A DNA stretch of 64,000 nucleotides from Methanothrix sp. (GCA_040770465.1 JAXGJB010000009.1:9808-73807); one strand, 5' to 3'; numbered from the stretch's first letter, positions 36,874 through 48,127 are shown. The notes: generated by a model from the sequence alone, not told the origin. A program made the numbers and translations.

Positions 36874-37974
36874 TCAGGGGAGGTTCTGGGTCTGGGCCGG
36901 ACAGTCAGACCGAAAAGCATCAAACTCGCCCGAACTTCTGATATCCTTCCATATATCTTCGAGAGATCGCTCTCGAACGTCTCCGACGACGTCGCCTATG
37001 TAGGGGCAGGCCCTAACGTTGCCGTCAACGCCCACATGAAGCCAGCGGCGTCCCGCCATGCATCCCAGCATCTGACCCTCGAAGTAGGTGGAGGAAAAGA
37101 CTCGGGGGCCACCGGGGGTGCGGTTGACCTTCCTGTAGAACCGGAGTATCGTCTCCCGGTCTATGGTGGTGAGCCGCTCCTCGGGGGATTTCGGGATTCC
37201 CTCCCAGATCGAGAACTCGTGGACCCCAAGCTCTGTTGCCAGGTCGTAGAGGTCGAAGATATCCGGCACATCGTCGCCCTTCACGTGGGTCGACATGGTG
37301 ACGAGGAGGCCAGCGTCCAGAGCCATCTTTATGGCACCGATCGCCTTCTCGTGAGCTCCTGGGACGCCACGGATCCGGTCGTGGACCGCAGGATCGGTGC
37401 TGTAGACCCCGATGAGGATGTTGTACAGGCCGGCATCCTTCAGCTTTCGTGCCGTCTCGGGGGTCATCTCGAGGCCAGGGGTGAAGAGGTTGACCACCGC
37501 TCGCTCCGGGTCGACGTGGCGGATCAGCTCGAAGACGTCGTCCCGGAGGAGGGGGTCGCCCTCGGTGAAGGTGATGATGGAGGCTCCGAGGTCCAGGGCT
37601 TCGTCGACGATCCTTTTGATCTCGTCGGCCGAAAGCTCACCCTCGCCCTCTTTGATCAGGCAGTGATCGCAATTACAGCCGCAGTTCCTGGTGACCTCGA
37701 TGCTCACGGTCTGGGGGACGAACCTGCCGATGGCGATCTTTGCCTCGCTGAGAACGAGCCTCTTGAAGGGGCCGCTGGGGATGGGTGGAAGCCAGGTGGA
37801 TGCGACTACGTCGTTCTCCCTCACCAGGGCGGGCTTCTCCTCGGCCAGTCTCTGGTTGATCCTGTTCAGAGCCGGCTGGACCAGCACCGAGATCGCTCCT
37901 CGGGCCAGGAGCATTCTCCGATCCTGGTCGTAGTCCACCGTCAGGGCGGTGGTCTTCAGTAGAGGGGTCATCAA
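36874..37974 (-). CDS. Radical SAM protein with SPASM/twitch domain
   Basis: CGCNCDHC (CX3CX2C); GCMAGRR...GNVRACPY...C. Confidence 0.88.
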   Translation of the reverse strand: MMTPLLKTTALTVDYDQDRRMLLARGAISVLVQPALNRINQRLAEEKPALVRENDVVASTWLPPIPSGPFKRLVLSEAKIAIGRFVPQTVSIEVTRNCGCNCDHCLIKEGEGELSADEIKRIVDEALDLGASIITFTEGDPLLRDDVFELIRHVDPERAVVNLFTPGLEMTPETARKLKDAGLYNILIGVYSTDPAVHDRIRGVPGAHEKAIGAIKMALDAGLLVTMSTHVKGDDVPDIFDLYDLATELGVHEFSIWEGIPKSPEERLTTIDRETILRFYRKVNRTPGGPRVFSSTYFEGQMLGCMAGRRWLHVGVDGNVRACPYIGDVVGDVRERSLEDIWKDIRSSGEFDAFRSDCPAQTQNLP

Positions 37975-38070
37975 AAGGCCAATCTCGGCCGAGAAGTTAT
38001 AGAGTTATCGATCGTCCGAGCCATAGAGTTAAAATAACTGATCGCCGAGTAGGCCCCGGGTGATATTGAA

Positions 38071-39243
38071 TTGTCTGAAGTTATAGTCCTCGCCTATTCT
38101 GGAGGCCTCGATACGTCGGTCTGCATCCCCCTCCTCCGGGAGCATTACGGCTTTGACAAGGTGATAACGGTCCTGACGGACGTGGGCCAGCCGAAGGAGG
38201 ATATCGAGAGGGGAAACAAGAGGGCTGAGAAGCTGAGCGACGAGCATTTCGTCATCGACGCGAAGGATGAGTTCGTCAACGACTACATCTTCCCAGCCAT
38301 CAAGGCCAACGGCTCTTACGAGGGGTACGTCCTGGGCACCGCCATCGCCCGGCCCCTGATAGCGAGAAAGACGGTGGAGATCGCAAAAAAGCTCGGCTCC
38401 GACGCCCTCGGCCACGGCTGCACCGGGAGGGGAAACGACCAGCTGAGGTTTGAGGCGATATTCAGGGCGACGGATATGAGGGTGGTGGCCCCGATGCGCG
38501 AGATGGACCTGAGCCGCGAGTGGGAGATCGATTACGCTCGAGACCACGGGATAGACGTCCCCGTCACCCGGGAGAAGCCCTGGTCCATCGACGAGAACCT
38601 CTGGTCCAGGAGCATCGAGGGCGGCCTTCTCGAGGACCCCTTCTTCGAGCCACCTGAGGAGATCTACGCCTGGACCAGGTCGCCTGAGGGAGGGCTCCCC
38701 CCCCGGAAGGTGGAGATAGAGTTCTCTCGCGGGGTGCCGGTCGCCCTCGACGGCGTGAAGATGAACGGCGTCGAGCTGATCTCAGAGCTTAACAGGATCG
38801 CGGGAGAGCACGGAGTCGGCAGGACCGACATGGTCGAGGACCGGGTCCTGGGGCTGAAGGCGAGGGAGAACTATGAGCACCCGGCGGCGACGGTCCTTCT
38901 CAACGCCCATCAGGACCTGGAACGGCTGGTCCTCTCCCGGGCGGAGCTGCGGTTCAAGGCGATGGTGGACGAGGCCTGGTCGGAGCTCGCCTACATGGGC
39001 CTGGTGAACGATCCCCTCTACGCCGACCTCTCCGCCTTCGTCGATGCAAGCTCGAAGAGGGTGAACGGCACGGTCAAGATGAAACTGTCTTCTGGAAGGG
39101 CTTTCTCCGTCGGAAGGAGGTCGCCGGACGCCATTTACGACCAGGAGATGGTCTCCTTCGACAGCCAGACCCTGAGCCAGAGGGACGCTGAGGGGTTTGC
39201 CAAGTACCACGGCTTTCAGGCCCGGTTCCTCGCGAAGCGGTGA
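38071..39243 (+). CDS. argG: Argininosuccinate synthase
   Basis: [30 protein letters not shown]. Confidence 0.96.
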   Translation: MSEVIVLAYSGGLDTSVCIPLLREHYGFDKVITVLTDVGQPKEDIERGNKRAEKLSDEHFVIDAKDEFVNDYIFPAIKANGSYEGYVLGTAIARPLIARKTVEIAKKLGSDALGHGCTGRGNDQLRFEAIFRATDMRVVAPMREMDLSREWEIDYARDHGIDVPVTREKPWSIDENLWSRSIEGGLLEDPFFEPPEEIYAWTRSPEGGLPPRKVEIEFSRGVPVALDGVKMNGVELISELNRIAGEHGVGRTDMVEDRVLGLKARENYEHPAATVLLNAHQDLERLVLSRAELRFKAMVDEAWSELAYMGLVNDPLYADLSAFVDASSKRVNGTVKMKLSSGRAFSVGRRSPDAIYDQEMVSFDSQTLSQRDAEGFAKYHGFQARFLAKR

Positions 39244-39316
39244 GATCGCAAAGCTCTGAGGTTGCGAAGGCGCTGAGGGGCAGACTATATCAGCAATTAG
39301 AGCCTGAAACTCAACC

Positions 39317-39697
39317 ATGGCTGAGCTGGTAATTTCGGAGAAGTCGGGGTCAAAAGACCTCGCCCCCATCGCGCTGGCCGCGAACCAGATCCTGGGGCTT
39401 CCCGTCACCATGAGGAGCCTCGACGCCCCCGGTGTGAGGGTGGAGAAGGGGAAGGTTCTCGACGAGGAGTATTCGGGGCCGATCCTCGAAGAGGTGATGG
39501 CCTCGGGAAAGGCCACGAGGACGGTGCCCAAAAGCGGGGTTTACGGAGGCGTTCCCGTATCCGTCGCCCCCATAATGGACCGGGATGGAAAAGTGATCGC
39601 GGCGATGGGGGTAGTGGACGTCGTCGGGACCATCGACATCCCCGCCGTCTTCGGCGCTTACACCGAGGTCGTCAAAGAGGTATCGGGGAAGAGATGA
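39317..39697 (+). CDS. DUF2111-like methanogen protein
   Basis: LPVTMRS..PGVRVEKGKVLDEEYSGPILEEV; Y.GVPV.VAPI. Confidence 0.8.
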   Translation: MAELVISEKSGSKDLAPIALAANQILGLPVTMRSLDAPGVRVEKGKVLDEEYSGPILEEVMASGKATRTVPKSGVYGGVPVSVAPIMDRDGKVIAAMGVVDVVGTIDIPAVFGAYTEVVKEVSGKR

Positions 39698-39755
39698 GGC
39701 TCTGGAGATGAGGCTCTGGAGATGAGGCTCTGGAGATGAGGCTCTGGAGATGAGG
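39691..39755. repeat. 14-bp tandem repeat GAGATGAGGCTCTG x4.6
   Basis: Perfect copies at 39691, 39705, 39719, 39733 and a partial copy at 39747. Confidence 0.95.
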
Positions 39756-39763
39756 ATCAGTAG

Positions 39764-40231
39764 ATGAGGATCCGGAGGGCGGAGGCCGGGGACCTCCCCT
39801 CGATCCTCGCCGCGGAGAGGGCCTGTTTCTCCCCGGACCTCGCCTTCCCTCCCGAGACCGTCTCCTTCCTCGTCGCGGAGGCGACGACCCTGGTGGCCGA
39901 GGACGGCGCCCTTTTCGGCTTCGTCGGAGGCTTCGTCAGCGGCGGGTGGGGGAAGGTGGTGACTTTGAACGTCCTTTCTGAACGTCGCGGAGAGGGCGTC
40001 GGCAGGAGGCTGATGGAGGCCCTGGAAGTGGAGTTCGCATCTTTTGGCGCCAGGGCCATCATCCTTGAGGTCTCGGTGGAGAACCGGGAAGCCGTCTCCC
40101 TCTACGGGAAGTTGGGCTACGAGAAGGTCGCCCTCCTCGACGGGTACTACGGCCCCGGGAAGGCCGCCATTCTGATGAAGAAGATGCTGAACGCCGGCAC
40201 CCTTCTTTCAAACCACAAAATATATCGATAA
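39764..40231 (+). CDS. GNAT N-acetyltransferase (RimI-like)
   Basis: RRGEGVGRRLM, LEVSVENREAVSLYGKLGY, GYYGPG.AAILM. Confidence 0.85.
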   Translation: MRIRRAEAGDLPSILAAERACFSPDLAFPPETVSFLVAEATTLVAEDGALFGFVGGFVSGGWGKVVTLNVLSERRGEGVGRRLMEALEVEFASFGARAIILEVSVENREAVSLYGKLGYEKVALLDGYYGPGKAAILMKKMLNAGTLLSNHKIYR

Positions 40232-40251
40232 ATAGAACGATTTAATCGGCC

Positions 40252-43200
40252 ATGAAGCTCTTGGCCCTGTCAATTCTCATCATCGCCATGACCTTTGCAT
40301 CTGCGGCCGCCGGAGATGACCCGTCTGGAGGATGGCTCGGGAAGGCCATAGGCTTCTACACCAACGAATCTTACGATCTGGCTCTTCTTTATGTGAACAA
40401 GTCTCTGGACATCGATCCAGCCTATCCGGACGCCCTGAACCTTAAAGGGTACATCCTCAGCGATCTCGGGAGGTTTGATGAGGCTGAGGGGTGTTTCAAT
40501 CGGTCTCTGGCGATCGACCCCTCGGACCCCCGCATCTGGTACAGCGAGGGCTTCGTCCAACAGGCCCTGGGGATGTACGATCGGGCCCTGGAATCTTACG
40601 ACCGCGCCATCGATCTCAACTCCACCGACCCGGACTTCTGGCGGGCGCGGGGGCTTGCCCTCTACAGCCTCGGACGGTACGAGGAGGCGGTTTCTTCCTA
40701 CGACGAGGCGCTGGTGATCTATCCCGCCCAGGGCGACATCTGGTACCAGAAGGGGCTCGCCCTCAGCAGCATGGAGAGGTACGACGAGGCGATCGAATGT
40801 TACGACTTCGCCATCACCATCGACGGATCGGACGCTGCATCCTGGCACGCCAAGGGCTTTGCCCTTTACAGCCTGGGGAGGTCCGAGGAGGCCCTGGATT
40901 GCTACGACCGGGCGATAGCGATCGACCCATCCAGCACCGACGTCTGGTACAACAAGGGGATCGTCCTAGCAAGCCTGGGAAGGGGAGAGGAGGCGGATCG
41001 ATGCTACGACGCCGCCGTCGAGATCGATCCCCAATACTATCCGGCCTGGTACAACAAGGGTCTCTCTCTCTTCGGCCTCGGCATGTACAACGAGTCGATC
41101 GCGTGCTACGACCGGGCGATAGCGATCGACCCGTCCCTCGTCGCCGTATGGAACAACAAGGGGAACGCCCTCTTCAGCCTGGGCAGATTCGATGAAGCCC
41201 TGGTCTGCTATCGGAGGGCTGTAGAGATCGATCCGAGCTACTCCAACGCCTGGTACAACCAGGGGATAGTCCTTCAGCGGCTGGGACTGGGTGAGGAGGC
41301 GGTGGAGGCTTACGACCGTTTGATCGAGATAGATCCCGGCTACAGGGACGTCTGGTACAACAGGGGGCTCGCCCTCTTCGGCCTCGGGAGGTTTGAGGAG
41401 GCGATCGTCTCCTTCGACAGGGTTTTTGAGACCGACCCCGCCAACGGCGACGCCTGGTACAATCAGGGGCTCGCCTTGAGTCGCCTGGGCAGGTACGAGG
41501 AGGCCCTGGGATGCTACGATAAGGCCCTGGAGTCGGACCCCCGCCGGACGGACGTTTTGAACAACAAGTGCAACACCCTCTACGGCCTCGCCCGGTACAA
41601 CGAGTCGGTGAGCTGTTACGACCAGGTCATCGGGGTCGATCCCGGCTACGAGAACGCCTGGTACAACAAGGGGGTCGCCCTCTATCGGCTGGGGAGGTAC
41701 CAGGAGGCGGTCACCTGTTACGACGAGTCGATATCCATAAACTCCTCCCGGGTCGACGCCTGGCGCGGCAGAGCCGACGCATTTTCTGGCCTTTCGATGT
41801 ACGACGAAGCGGTAGAATCCTACGACGGGGCCATCGCCCTCGATCCCGACGACCCGGACGTCTGGTACAACAGGGGGCTTCTCCTCTACAACGCCAGCAG
41901 GCTGGAGGAGGCCGTCGACAGCTTCGATCGGGTCATCGAGATCGACGACTCTTATCCCGAGGTATGGCGGTTGAAGGGGCTCGCCCTCTACGACCTGGGG
42001 CGGTTTGAGGAGTCGATCGAATGTTACGACCAGGCTCTGTTGATCAGCCCCTCGGACGTCTCCCTCTGGTACAACAAGGGGGTTGTCCTCTCAAGCCTTG
42101 GCAGATACGAGGATGCCATATACTGCTATGACAGGCTAATCGAGATCGATCGTTACGATAAAGGGGACGCCCTCTACAGTCTGGGCAGGTACGACGAGGC
42201 CATAGACTGCTATGATAAGGTGATAGAGGTGAGCCCCTTCGCGGCGAAGGCCTGGTACCAGAAGGGGTTGGCCCACCAGATGCTCGGCGATTTCGTCAAC
42301 GCCTCCGAATGTTACGACGAGGTCATCGAGATCGACCCCTCTTATGAAGGGGTCTGGCGGAGCCGGGGTCGCGTCCTCTTCATGCTGGGAGATTACGATG
42401 GTGCCCTCGTCTCTTACGATGCGGTCCTGAAGGACGATCCAACGGACCTTGAGGCCATGAAGGGGAAGGGCGACTCCCTCCGCCACCTGGAGAGGTTCGA
42501 GGAGGCCCTCGCCTGCTACGATGATATCCTGAAGATCGACCCTGAGGACCCGAAGGCCTGGAGCGGCAAGGCCCTCGCCCTCACCGGCCTCGAGAGGTTC
42601 GACGAGGCGATAGGGTGTTACGATCAGGCCATCGTGATGAACTCCTCGGAGAAGGATTTCTGGATCGGCAGAGGCGGCGTCCTGGCAAAGGCCGGGAGGA
42701 CCACCGATGCGATCGAGTCATACGACCGGGCCATCTCCCTCGATCCCCTGGATGCCCGGGCATGGTATGAGAGGGGCCTCGCCCTCACGAGTGCCGGAAG
42801 GTTCGAGGAGGCCATCGCCTCCTACGACGAGGCGATCTCTATAGATCCGTCCCGAGCGGATGCCTGGCACGGCAAAGGGACCGTCCTCGAGGGTTTGGGG
42901 CGGGGTGAGGATGCCCTCGCCTGCTATGACGGCGCTCTCCAGGCGAACCCCTCGGACTCGGCCTCCTGGCTCCGGAAGGGCTCGGTCCTGGAGGGTATGG
43001 AGAAGAGCGCAGAGGCTCTCGCCTGCTACGAGAGGGCGGCAGATATCGATCCGACCTCTGCCGAGGCCCGGGCGAGGAGAGGGCACATACTCTTGGGCAT
43101 GAGTCGGTATGCTGAAGCCCTGGAATCTTACAACCGATCGGTGGAGATCGACCCGTCCAATGCTACGATCTGGTTCGAGAGGGGCCAGACCCTTCAGAAC

Positions 43201-43464
43201 CTCGGCAGGCTCCAGGAGTCTGTGGAGAGCTACAACCGGTCGACGGAGATCAGTCCAGACTCCGCCGAGGTCTGGTACACCAGGGGAACGGCCCTCGACG
43301 GCCTCGGCCTATACGAGGAGGCTGTAGAAAGCTACGACCGAGCCTTGGCCCTCGATCCCGACGACGCGAAGATCTGGAACCGGAAGGGAGACGACCTCTA
43401 CAAGCTGGGCCGGCACAAGGAGGCCGTCGAGTCCTACGACAGGTTCATCGAGCTCAGCTCGTAG
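40252..43464 (+). CDS. Secreted tetratricopeptide repeat protein (about 30 TPRs)
   Basis: Signal peptide plus WYNKG..L..LGRYEEA..CYD.AI.IDP repeats. Confidence 0.93.
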   Translation: MKLLALSILIIAMTFASAAAGDDPSGGWLGKAIGFYTNESYDLALLYVNKSLDIDPAYPDALNLKGYILSDLGRFDEAEGCFNRSLAIDPSDPRIWYSEGFVQQALGMYDRALESYDRAIDLNSTDPDFWRARGLALYSLGRYEEAVSSYDEALVIYPAQGDIWYQKGLALSSMERYDEAIECYDFAITIDGSDAASWHAKGFALYSLGRSEEALDCYDRAIAIDPSSTDVWYNKGIVLASLGRGEEADRCYDAAVEIDPQYYPAWYNKGLSLFGLGMYNESIACYDRAIAIDPSLVAVWNNKGNALFSLGRFDEALVCYRRAVEIDPSYSNAWYNQGIVLQRLGLGEEAVEAYDRLIEIDPGYRDVWYNRGLALFGLGRFEEAIVSFDRVFETDPANGDAWYNQGLALSRLGRYEEALGCYDKALESDPRRTDVLNNKCNTLYGLARYNESVSCYDQVIGVDPGYENAWYNKGVALYRLGRYQEAVTCYDESISINSSRVDAWRGRADAFSGLSMYDEAVESYDGAIALDPDDPDVWYNRGLLLYNASRLEEAVDSFDRVIEIDDSYPEVWRLKGLALYDLGRFEESIECYDQALLISPSDVSLWYNKGVVLSSLGRYEDAIYCYDRLIEIDRYDKGDALYSLGRYDEAIDCYDKVIEVSPFAAKAWYQKGLAHQMLGDFVNASECYDEVIEIDPSYEGVWRSRGRVLFMLGDYDGALVSYDAVLKDDPTDLEAMKGKGDSLRHLERFEEALACYDDILKIDPEDPKAWSGKALALTGLERFDEAIGCYDQAIVMNSSEKDFWIGRGGVLAKAGRTTDAIESYDRAISLDPLDARAWYERGLALTSAGRFEEAIASYDEAISIDPSRADAWHGKGTVLEGLGRGEDALACYDGALQANPSDSASWLRKGSVLEGMEKSAEALACYERAADIDPTSAEARARRGHILLGMSRYAEALESYNRSVEIDPSNATIWFERGQTLQNLGRLQESVESYNRSTEISPDSAEVWYTRGTALDGLGLYEEAVESYDRALALDPDDAKIWNRKGDDLYKLGRHKEAVESYDRFIELSS

Positions 43465-43563
43465 TAGAAGAAAGAAGCTCGGCCCGCGATCTACCTTGGG
43501 TCCGGCGGGCCTTGCAGAGGGGCCACCAAAAGATATATCGAAGACGAGAGGCATCAGGCGCCC

Positions 43564-45429
43564 ATGAGAATCGGGGCTCTTCTCCTGCTGACCTTCGTCC
43601 TCGCCCTGGCAGCTCCCGCAAAGTGCGATGAGCCGTCGGCCCTCGACCATCTCGAAGAGGCGAACCGCTCTTATCAGGAGGGAAAAATCGACCTGGCCCT
43701 TCAGTCCCTGAACAGATCTATCGAGATCGATCCGGACCAGGCCGAAGCGTGGATCTTCCGGGGGGAGATAGCCCTCTACAACCTGAGCGATCGAGAGCTT
43801 GCGGCAGAGTCCTTCGATCGGGCCCTCGAGATCGATCCAAAGAACGCAAAAGCCTGGTACGATCTGGGAAACGCCCTATCCTTTCTCGGCAGCATCGATG
43901 AGGCCCTTCAGGCTTACAACCAGTCTCTGGCGATAGATCCCAATAACGAGAGGGCATGGAACAACAAGGGCCTGATCCTGGGGGTTTTAGGCAGGTACGA
44001 GGAGGCAATAGACTGTTTTGGCCGAGCCCTCAATTCTAACCCAAACCTCGCTGAGGCCTGGCAGAATAAGGGGAGCGCCCTCCGAGCGCTGGGAAAGAAC
44101 GAAGAGGCCCTCGATTGCTTCGATTCCGCTCTGGAGATTGACTCAAACCTATCAGGGTCCTGGAAGGGGGCTGCCGACGCCCTCCGGTCTCTGGGAAGGA
44201 CCGATGAGGCGGTCGAGCGCCTCGACGGGGCTCTTCTGGTCGACCCCGAAGACAAGGCCGCCTGGAACGAGAGGGGTCTCCTCCTCGGCGTCCTGGGGAG
44301 GTACGAGGAGGCGGTCGAGAGCTTCGATTCGGCGATCGCCATCGATCCGAACTACTCCCTCGCCTGGAACAACAAGGGGCTCGCCCTCCACGATCTCGGG
44401 AGTATCGAAGAGGCCCTGGAATGTTACGACCGGGCCGTCGAGATCGACCCCTCTTTCGTCCTCGCCCTGTACAATCGGGGTAGGGCTCTGTACGACCTGG
44501 GAAGGCTCGAAGAGGCGATCGAAGCTTACAACTCGACCTTGGAGGCCGATCAATCATTCTACCTCGCCTGGAACAATCGAGGCGTTGCCCTCGTCGACCT
44601 GGGGAAGATCGACGAGGGGCTCGCAAGCTACGACGGGGCCATCGCGATAAATCCGGACTACGATATCGCCTGGTACAACAGGGGGTCCGCTCTCTACCAG
44701 CAGGGCGAGTTCTTCGAGGCGATCAAGTGCTACGACGAGGTGATCAGGATCGACCCGTCGAGCGCCGACGCCTGGCACAGCAAAGGCCACGCCATCTATC
44801 GAATGGGCCGCCCCGGCGAGGCGGTCTGGTGCTACGACCAGGCCCTCGATATAGATCCCGAGAGGGCCGAGACCTGGCTTGACAAGGGGATCGCCCTCGC
44901 CGGCATGAACAGAAAGGCGGAGGCTGGCGAGGCTTTCGACCGGGCGATAGCGATCGATCCGGAGTATGAGCCCGCCTGGTACAGGAAAGGCATTCTCGCC
45001 TACGGCTCCGGCGAGGTCGAGGAGGCGTTTGACCTCTTTTCTCAGGCCACCCTCCTCGACCCACAACATGCCGAAGCCTGGAACAACAGAGGATGGCTCC
45101 TCCACACCCTCGGCAGAGACGATGAGGCCCTCGACTCCCTGGACCGGGCCCTGGAGGCGAACTCCTCCCAGGTGGATGCCTGGAACAACAAGGGCGTCGT
45201 CCTCTCGGCCCTGGGGAGGTACGAAGAGGCTCTGGCCTGCTACAACAGAACCATCGAGCTCGATCCGGGTCACGCCAACGCCTGGAACAACAAGGGGGCA
45301 GCCCTCTATAGCCTCGGACGTTACGAGGAGGCCCTCGAATGCTACAATAGGGCGCTTGAGATAAAACCCGGCTTCGTCGACGCCAAGGCGAACAGGGCGT
45401 CGGTCCTCCGGAGATTGCAGGAGGGGTGA
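43564..45429 (+). CDS. Secreted tetratricopeptide repeat protein (about 17 TPRs)
   Basis: Signal peptide plus AWNNKG TPR repeats. Confidence 0.93.
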   Translation: MRIGALLLLTFVLALAAPAKCDEPSALDHLEEANRSYQEGKIDLALQSLNRSIEIDPDQAEAWIFRGEIALYNLSDRELAAESFDRALEIDPKNAKAWYDLGNALSFLGSIDEALQAYNQSLAIDPNNERAWNNKGLILGVLGRYEEAIDCFGRALNSNPNLAEAWQNKGSALRALGKNEEALDCFDSALEIDSNLSGSWKGAADALRSLGRTDEAVERLDGALLVDPEDKAAWNERGLLLGVLGRYEEAVESFDSAIAIDPNYSLAWNNKGLALHDLGSIEEALECYDRAVEIDPSFVLALYNRGRALYDLGRLEEAIEAYNSTLEADQSFYLAWNNRGVALVDLGKIDEGLASYDGAIAINPDYDIAWYNRGSALYQQGEFFEAIKCYDEVIRIDPSSADAWHSKGHAIYRMGRPGEAVWCYDQALDIDPERAETWLDKGIALAGMNRKAEAGEAFDRAIAIDPEYEPAWYRKGILAYGSGEVEEAFDLFSQATLLDPQHAEAWNNRGWLLHTLGRDDEALDSLDRALEANSSQVDAWNNKGVVLSALGRYEEALACYNRTIELDPGHANAWNNKGAALYSLGRYEEALECYNRALEIKPGFVDAKANRASVLRRLQEG

Positions 45430-45611
45430 TGGCTGATGGCTGATCCGAGATGGGGTCCAGGAAGGCCGGCAAATGGACGGCGTTCTTCCCTTAGATCGCA
45501 GGAGGGGTGAAGGCCGATCCGAGAGGATCGCGCTATCTGCCACGTCGAGGCGAGTTCAGCGCAAATAACGCGCAAAGTATTTCAGGCATAGGCCGAAAGT
45601 GGGCCGTTACT

Positions 45612-46448
45612 ATGATGAACGGAATCAGGACTACCCTACTTTTGGCAAGCCTTACAGGGCTGATGCTTCTGATCGGGGGAGCCCTGGGTGGCAGAGGCGG
45701 CATGATGATAGCCCTCCTCTTCTCCCTGGTGATGAACATGGGAACGTACTGGTACAGCGATAAAATTGTACTGAAGATGTACCACGCGAAGGAGGTGACT
45801 CCTGCCGGGTCGCCGGAGCTCTACGGGATCGTCCGGGGGCTCGTCGACCGGGCGAAGATGCCGATGCCGAAGGTCTACATCGTCGACACCCCCATGGCCA
45901 ACGCCTTTGCCACCGGCAGGAACCCTTCGCACGCTGCCGTGGCCGTCACCACCGGCATAATGAGAATTCTGGACAGAAATGAGCTGGAGGCGGTCGTGGC
46001 TCACGAGCTATCTCACGTAAGGAATAGAGATACTCTGATCAGCTCCGTCGCCGCCACCATCGCCGGCGTCATAACCTTCATAGCCAACATGGCCCAGTGG
46101 GCTCTCATCTTCGGGGGCGGGAACGACGATGATGGGGGCAACATCGTCAGCATCCTGGCCATGGCGATCCTCGCACCCATCGCGGCTCTCATAATCCAGA
46201 TGGCGATATCCCGTTCCCGGGAGTTTGGGGCCGACGCCGGCGGGGCCGAACTCTCTGGCCATCCCATGGCTCTGGCCAGCGCCCTCTCGAAGCTGGATAT
46301 GGCATCTGGAAGGGCTCCTGTCGACGTCAACCCCTCGACCGCCCACATCTTCATAGTCAACCCCCTCAAGGGCAAGAAGCTCGCCTCCCTCTTCTCAACT
46401 CATCCGAGCACCGAAGAGAGGATCGCGCGGCTCTCTGCGATGCAATAG
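45612..46448 (+). CDS. htpX: Zinc metalloprotease HtpX
   Basis: [28 protein letters not shown]. Confidence 0.95.
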   Translation: MMNGIRTTLLLASLTGLMLLIGGALGGRGGMMIALLFSLVMNMGTYWYSDKIVLKMYHAKEVTPAGSPELYGIVRGLVDRAKMPMPKVYIVDTPMANAFATGRNPSHAAVAVTTGIMRILDRNELEAVVAHELSHVRNRDTLISSVAATIAGVITFIANMAQWALIFGGGNDDDGGNIVSILAMAILAPIAALIIQMAISRSREFGADAGGAELSGHPMALASALSKLDMASGRAPVDVNPSTAHIFIVNPLKGKKLASLFSTHPSTEERIARLSAMQ

Positions 46449-46607
46449 AGCTCTCTATTGATCTCTGCTCGACGTTGTGAGGGCGGAGATCCTTAACCCA
46501 TCCCGGCGTCGTTAGGGCAGAGGCCATTTCGTATTTTGAGATCGTGGAATATGGAAATCCGATGGTGATGTAAAATAATTGAAACGTGACGAAGAGAGAA
46601 ATCCTCG

Positions 46608-47924
46608 ATGACCCCTGAGATAATAATCATATTTTTGCTGATAATCGCCAACAGCATCTTCGCTCTCTCCGAGATAGCCGTCGTCTCATCCCGGAAGGCC
46701 AAACTACAGCAGATGAAAGAGGAGGGGAACTCGGGCGCCAAAACCGCTCTCGATCTCGCAAATGAGCCCACGCCCTTCCTCTCGACGATACAGATCGGGA
46801 TAACCCTCATAGGGACTCTGGCGGGGGCCTTTGGAGGCGCCACCATCGCCGAGGAGCTGGCCCTGGTGATGGAAGGTACACCGGCTCTGGCATCTCACAG
46901 CCAGCTCTTCAGCATCGGGATCGTGGTGGCGGGGATCACATATCTGACCCTGGTCCTCGGAGAGCTGGTTCCCAAGAGGGTGGCGTTGAGCAACCCCGAG
47001 AAGATCGCATCCTTCGTCGCCTCGCCCATGAGCCTCCTCTCCAGGATCGCCGCACCCCTGGTCTTTGTGCTGACCGCCTCAACTAACCTGGTAATCAGGA
47101 TCCTTGGCATAAAGCCGAACGATGAACCTCCGGTCACAGAGGAGGAGATCAAGATCCTGATAGACCTGGGGACGGGGGCGGGGGTCTTCGAGGAGGCGGA
47201 GAAGGAAATGGTGGAGAGGGTCTTCCGCCTCGGGGACAGGAGAGTTGCAACCTTTATGACCCCGAGGTCGAAGATCGTATGGCTCGACGTCGATGATACG
47301 CCGGAGACGATCCGGGAGAAGACATCCGGCAGGTCTTACTCCCTATTTCCCGTATGCAAGGACGATCTTGACAAAGTCGTCGGGGTGGTCCAGGCAAAAG
47401 ACCTCCTCTCGCATGCCGACGAGGGTGATGAGTTCGACCTCTCGGGGGCCGTCCTCCCCCCTCTATTCGTTCCCGAGAGCATGAGGGGCTTGAAGGTCCT
47501 GGAGCGGTTCAAGGAGACGGGGATCCATCTGGCCATCGTCGTGGACGAGTACGGCGCAGTCCAGGGGGTGGTGGCTCTCACAGACATCCTGGAGGCGATA
47601 GTGGGGGATATCCCTCACATCGACGAGCTGACAGAGCCTCAGATGATACGAAGGGAGGACGGCTCCTGGCTGATAGACGGCATGATGCAGATCGACGAGT
47701 TCAAGGAGGCCTTCGGGGTAGATGAGCTGCCGGAGGAGGACGGGGGCCTCTATCAGACCCTGGGCGGCTTTGTGATAATATACTTTGAGCGGATACCATC
47801 TTCAGGCGACCACTTCGACTGGGGTGATCTTCGCTTCGAGGTGGTGGACATGGACTACAACCGGGTGGACAAGCTCCTGGTCGCGCCCTTGAAGAGATCC
47901 CCTGATGAGAAGCGTGGATCTTAA
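46608..47924 (+). CDS. CNNM/CBS/CorC-HlyC membrane protein (hemolysin family)
   Basis: FLSTIQIGIT, GELVPKRVAL, VDEYG, YQTLGG. Confidence 0.92.
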   Translation: MTPEIIIIFLLIIANSIFALSEIAVVSSRKAKLQQMKEEGNSGAKTALDLANEPTPFLSTIQIGITLIGTLAGAFGGATIAEELALVMEGTPALASHSQLFSIGIVVAGITYLTLVLGELVPKRVALSNPEKIASFVASPMSLLSRIAAPLVFVLTASTNLVIRILGIKPNDEPPVTEEEIKILIDLGTGAGVFEEAEKEMVERVFRLGDRRVATFMTPRSKIVWLDVDDTPETIREKTSGRSYSLFPVCKDDLDKVVGVVQAKDLLSHADEGDEFDLSGAVLPPLFVPESMRGLKVLERFKETGIHLAIVVDEYGAVQGVVALTDILEAIVGDIPHIDELTEPQMIRREDGSWLIDGMMQIDEFKEAFGVDELPEEDGGLYQTLGGFVIIYFERIPSSGDHFDWGDLRFEVVDMDYNRVDKLLVAPLKRSPDEKRGS

Positions 47925-48083
47925 AGAGGCCCCATGACGGGGAGAAGGTAGCTTAAAGAGATGCCATGATGCAAATAATCGGCACTTGATCGAGGGAGGA
48001 CGTTTGGGCTGGCGACGATCATCATATGGCGACGCGAGATCGAGTCGTACAATCCCGATTCATCTTCGTAGTTCGACCATCGA

Positions 48084-48127
48084 CGAAACCTTTATATAAT
48101 CACCAGCGGTTACTAACTATAAATTAC
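48084..48127 (+). promoter_or_regulatory. BRE/TATA promoter with candidate tandem heat-shock repressor operator
   Basis: CGAAACC-TTTATATA (TATA 48091-48098), then ATCAC-N5-GTTAC (48099-48113) and CTAAC-N5-ATTAC (48113-48127). Confidence 0.65.

Noticed and set aside
39691-39755. 14-bp repeats as CRISPR or iterons
   Set aside because: Too short, no spacers, no rep gene nearby.
43462-43467. TAG readthrough (pyrrolysine) joining the two TPR genes
   Set aside because: Double TAG stop, the second gene has its own signal peptide, and no pyl genes are visible.
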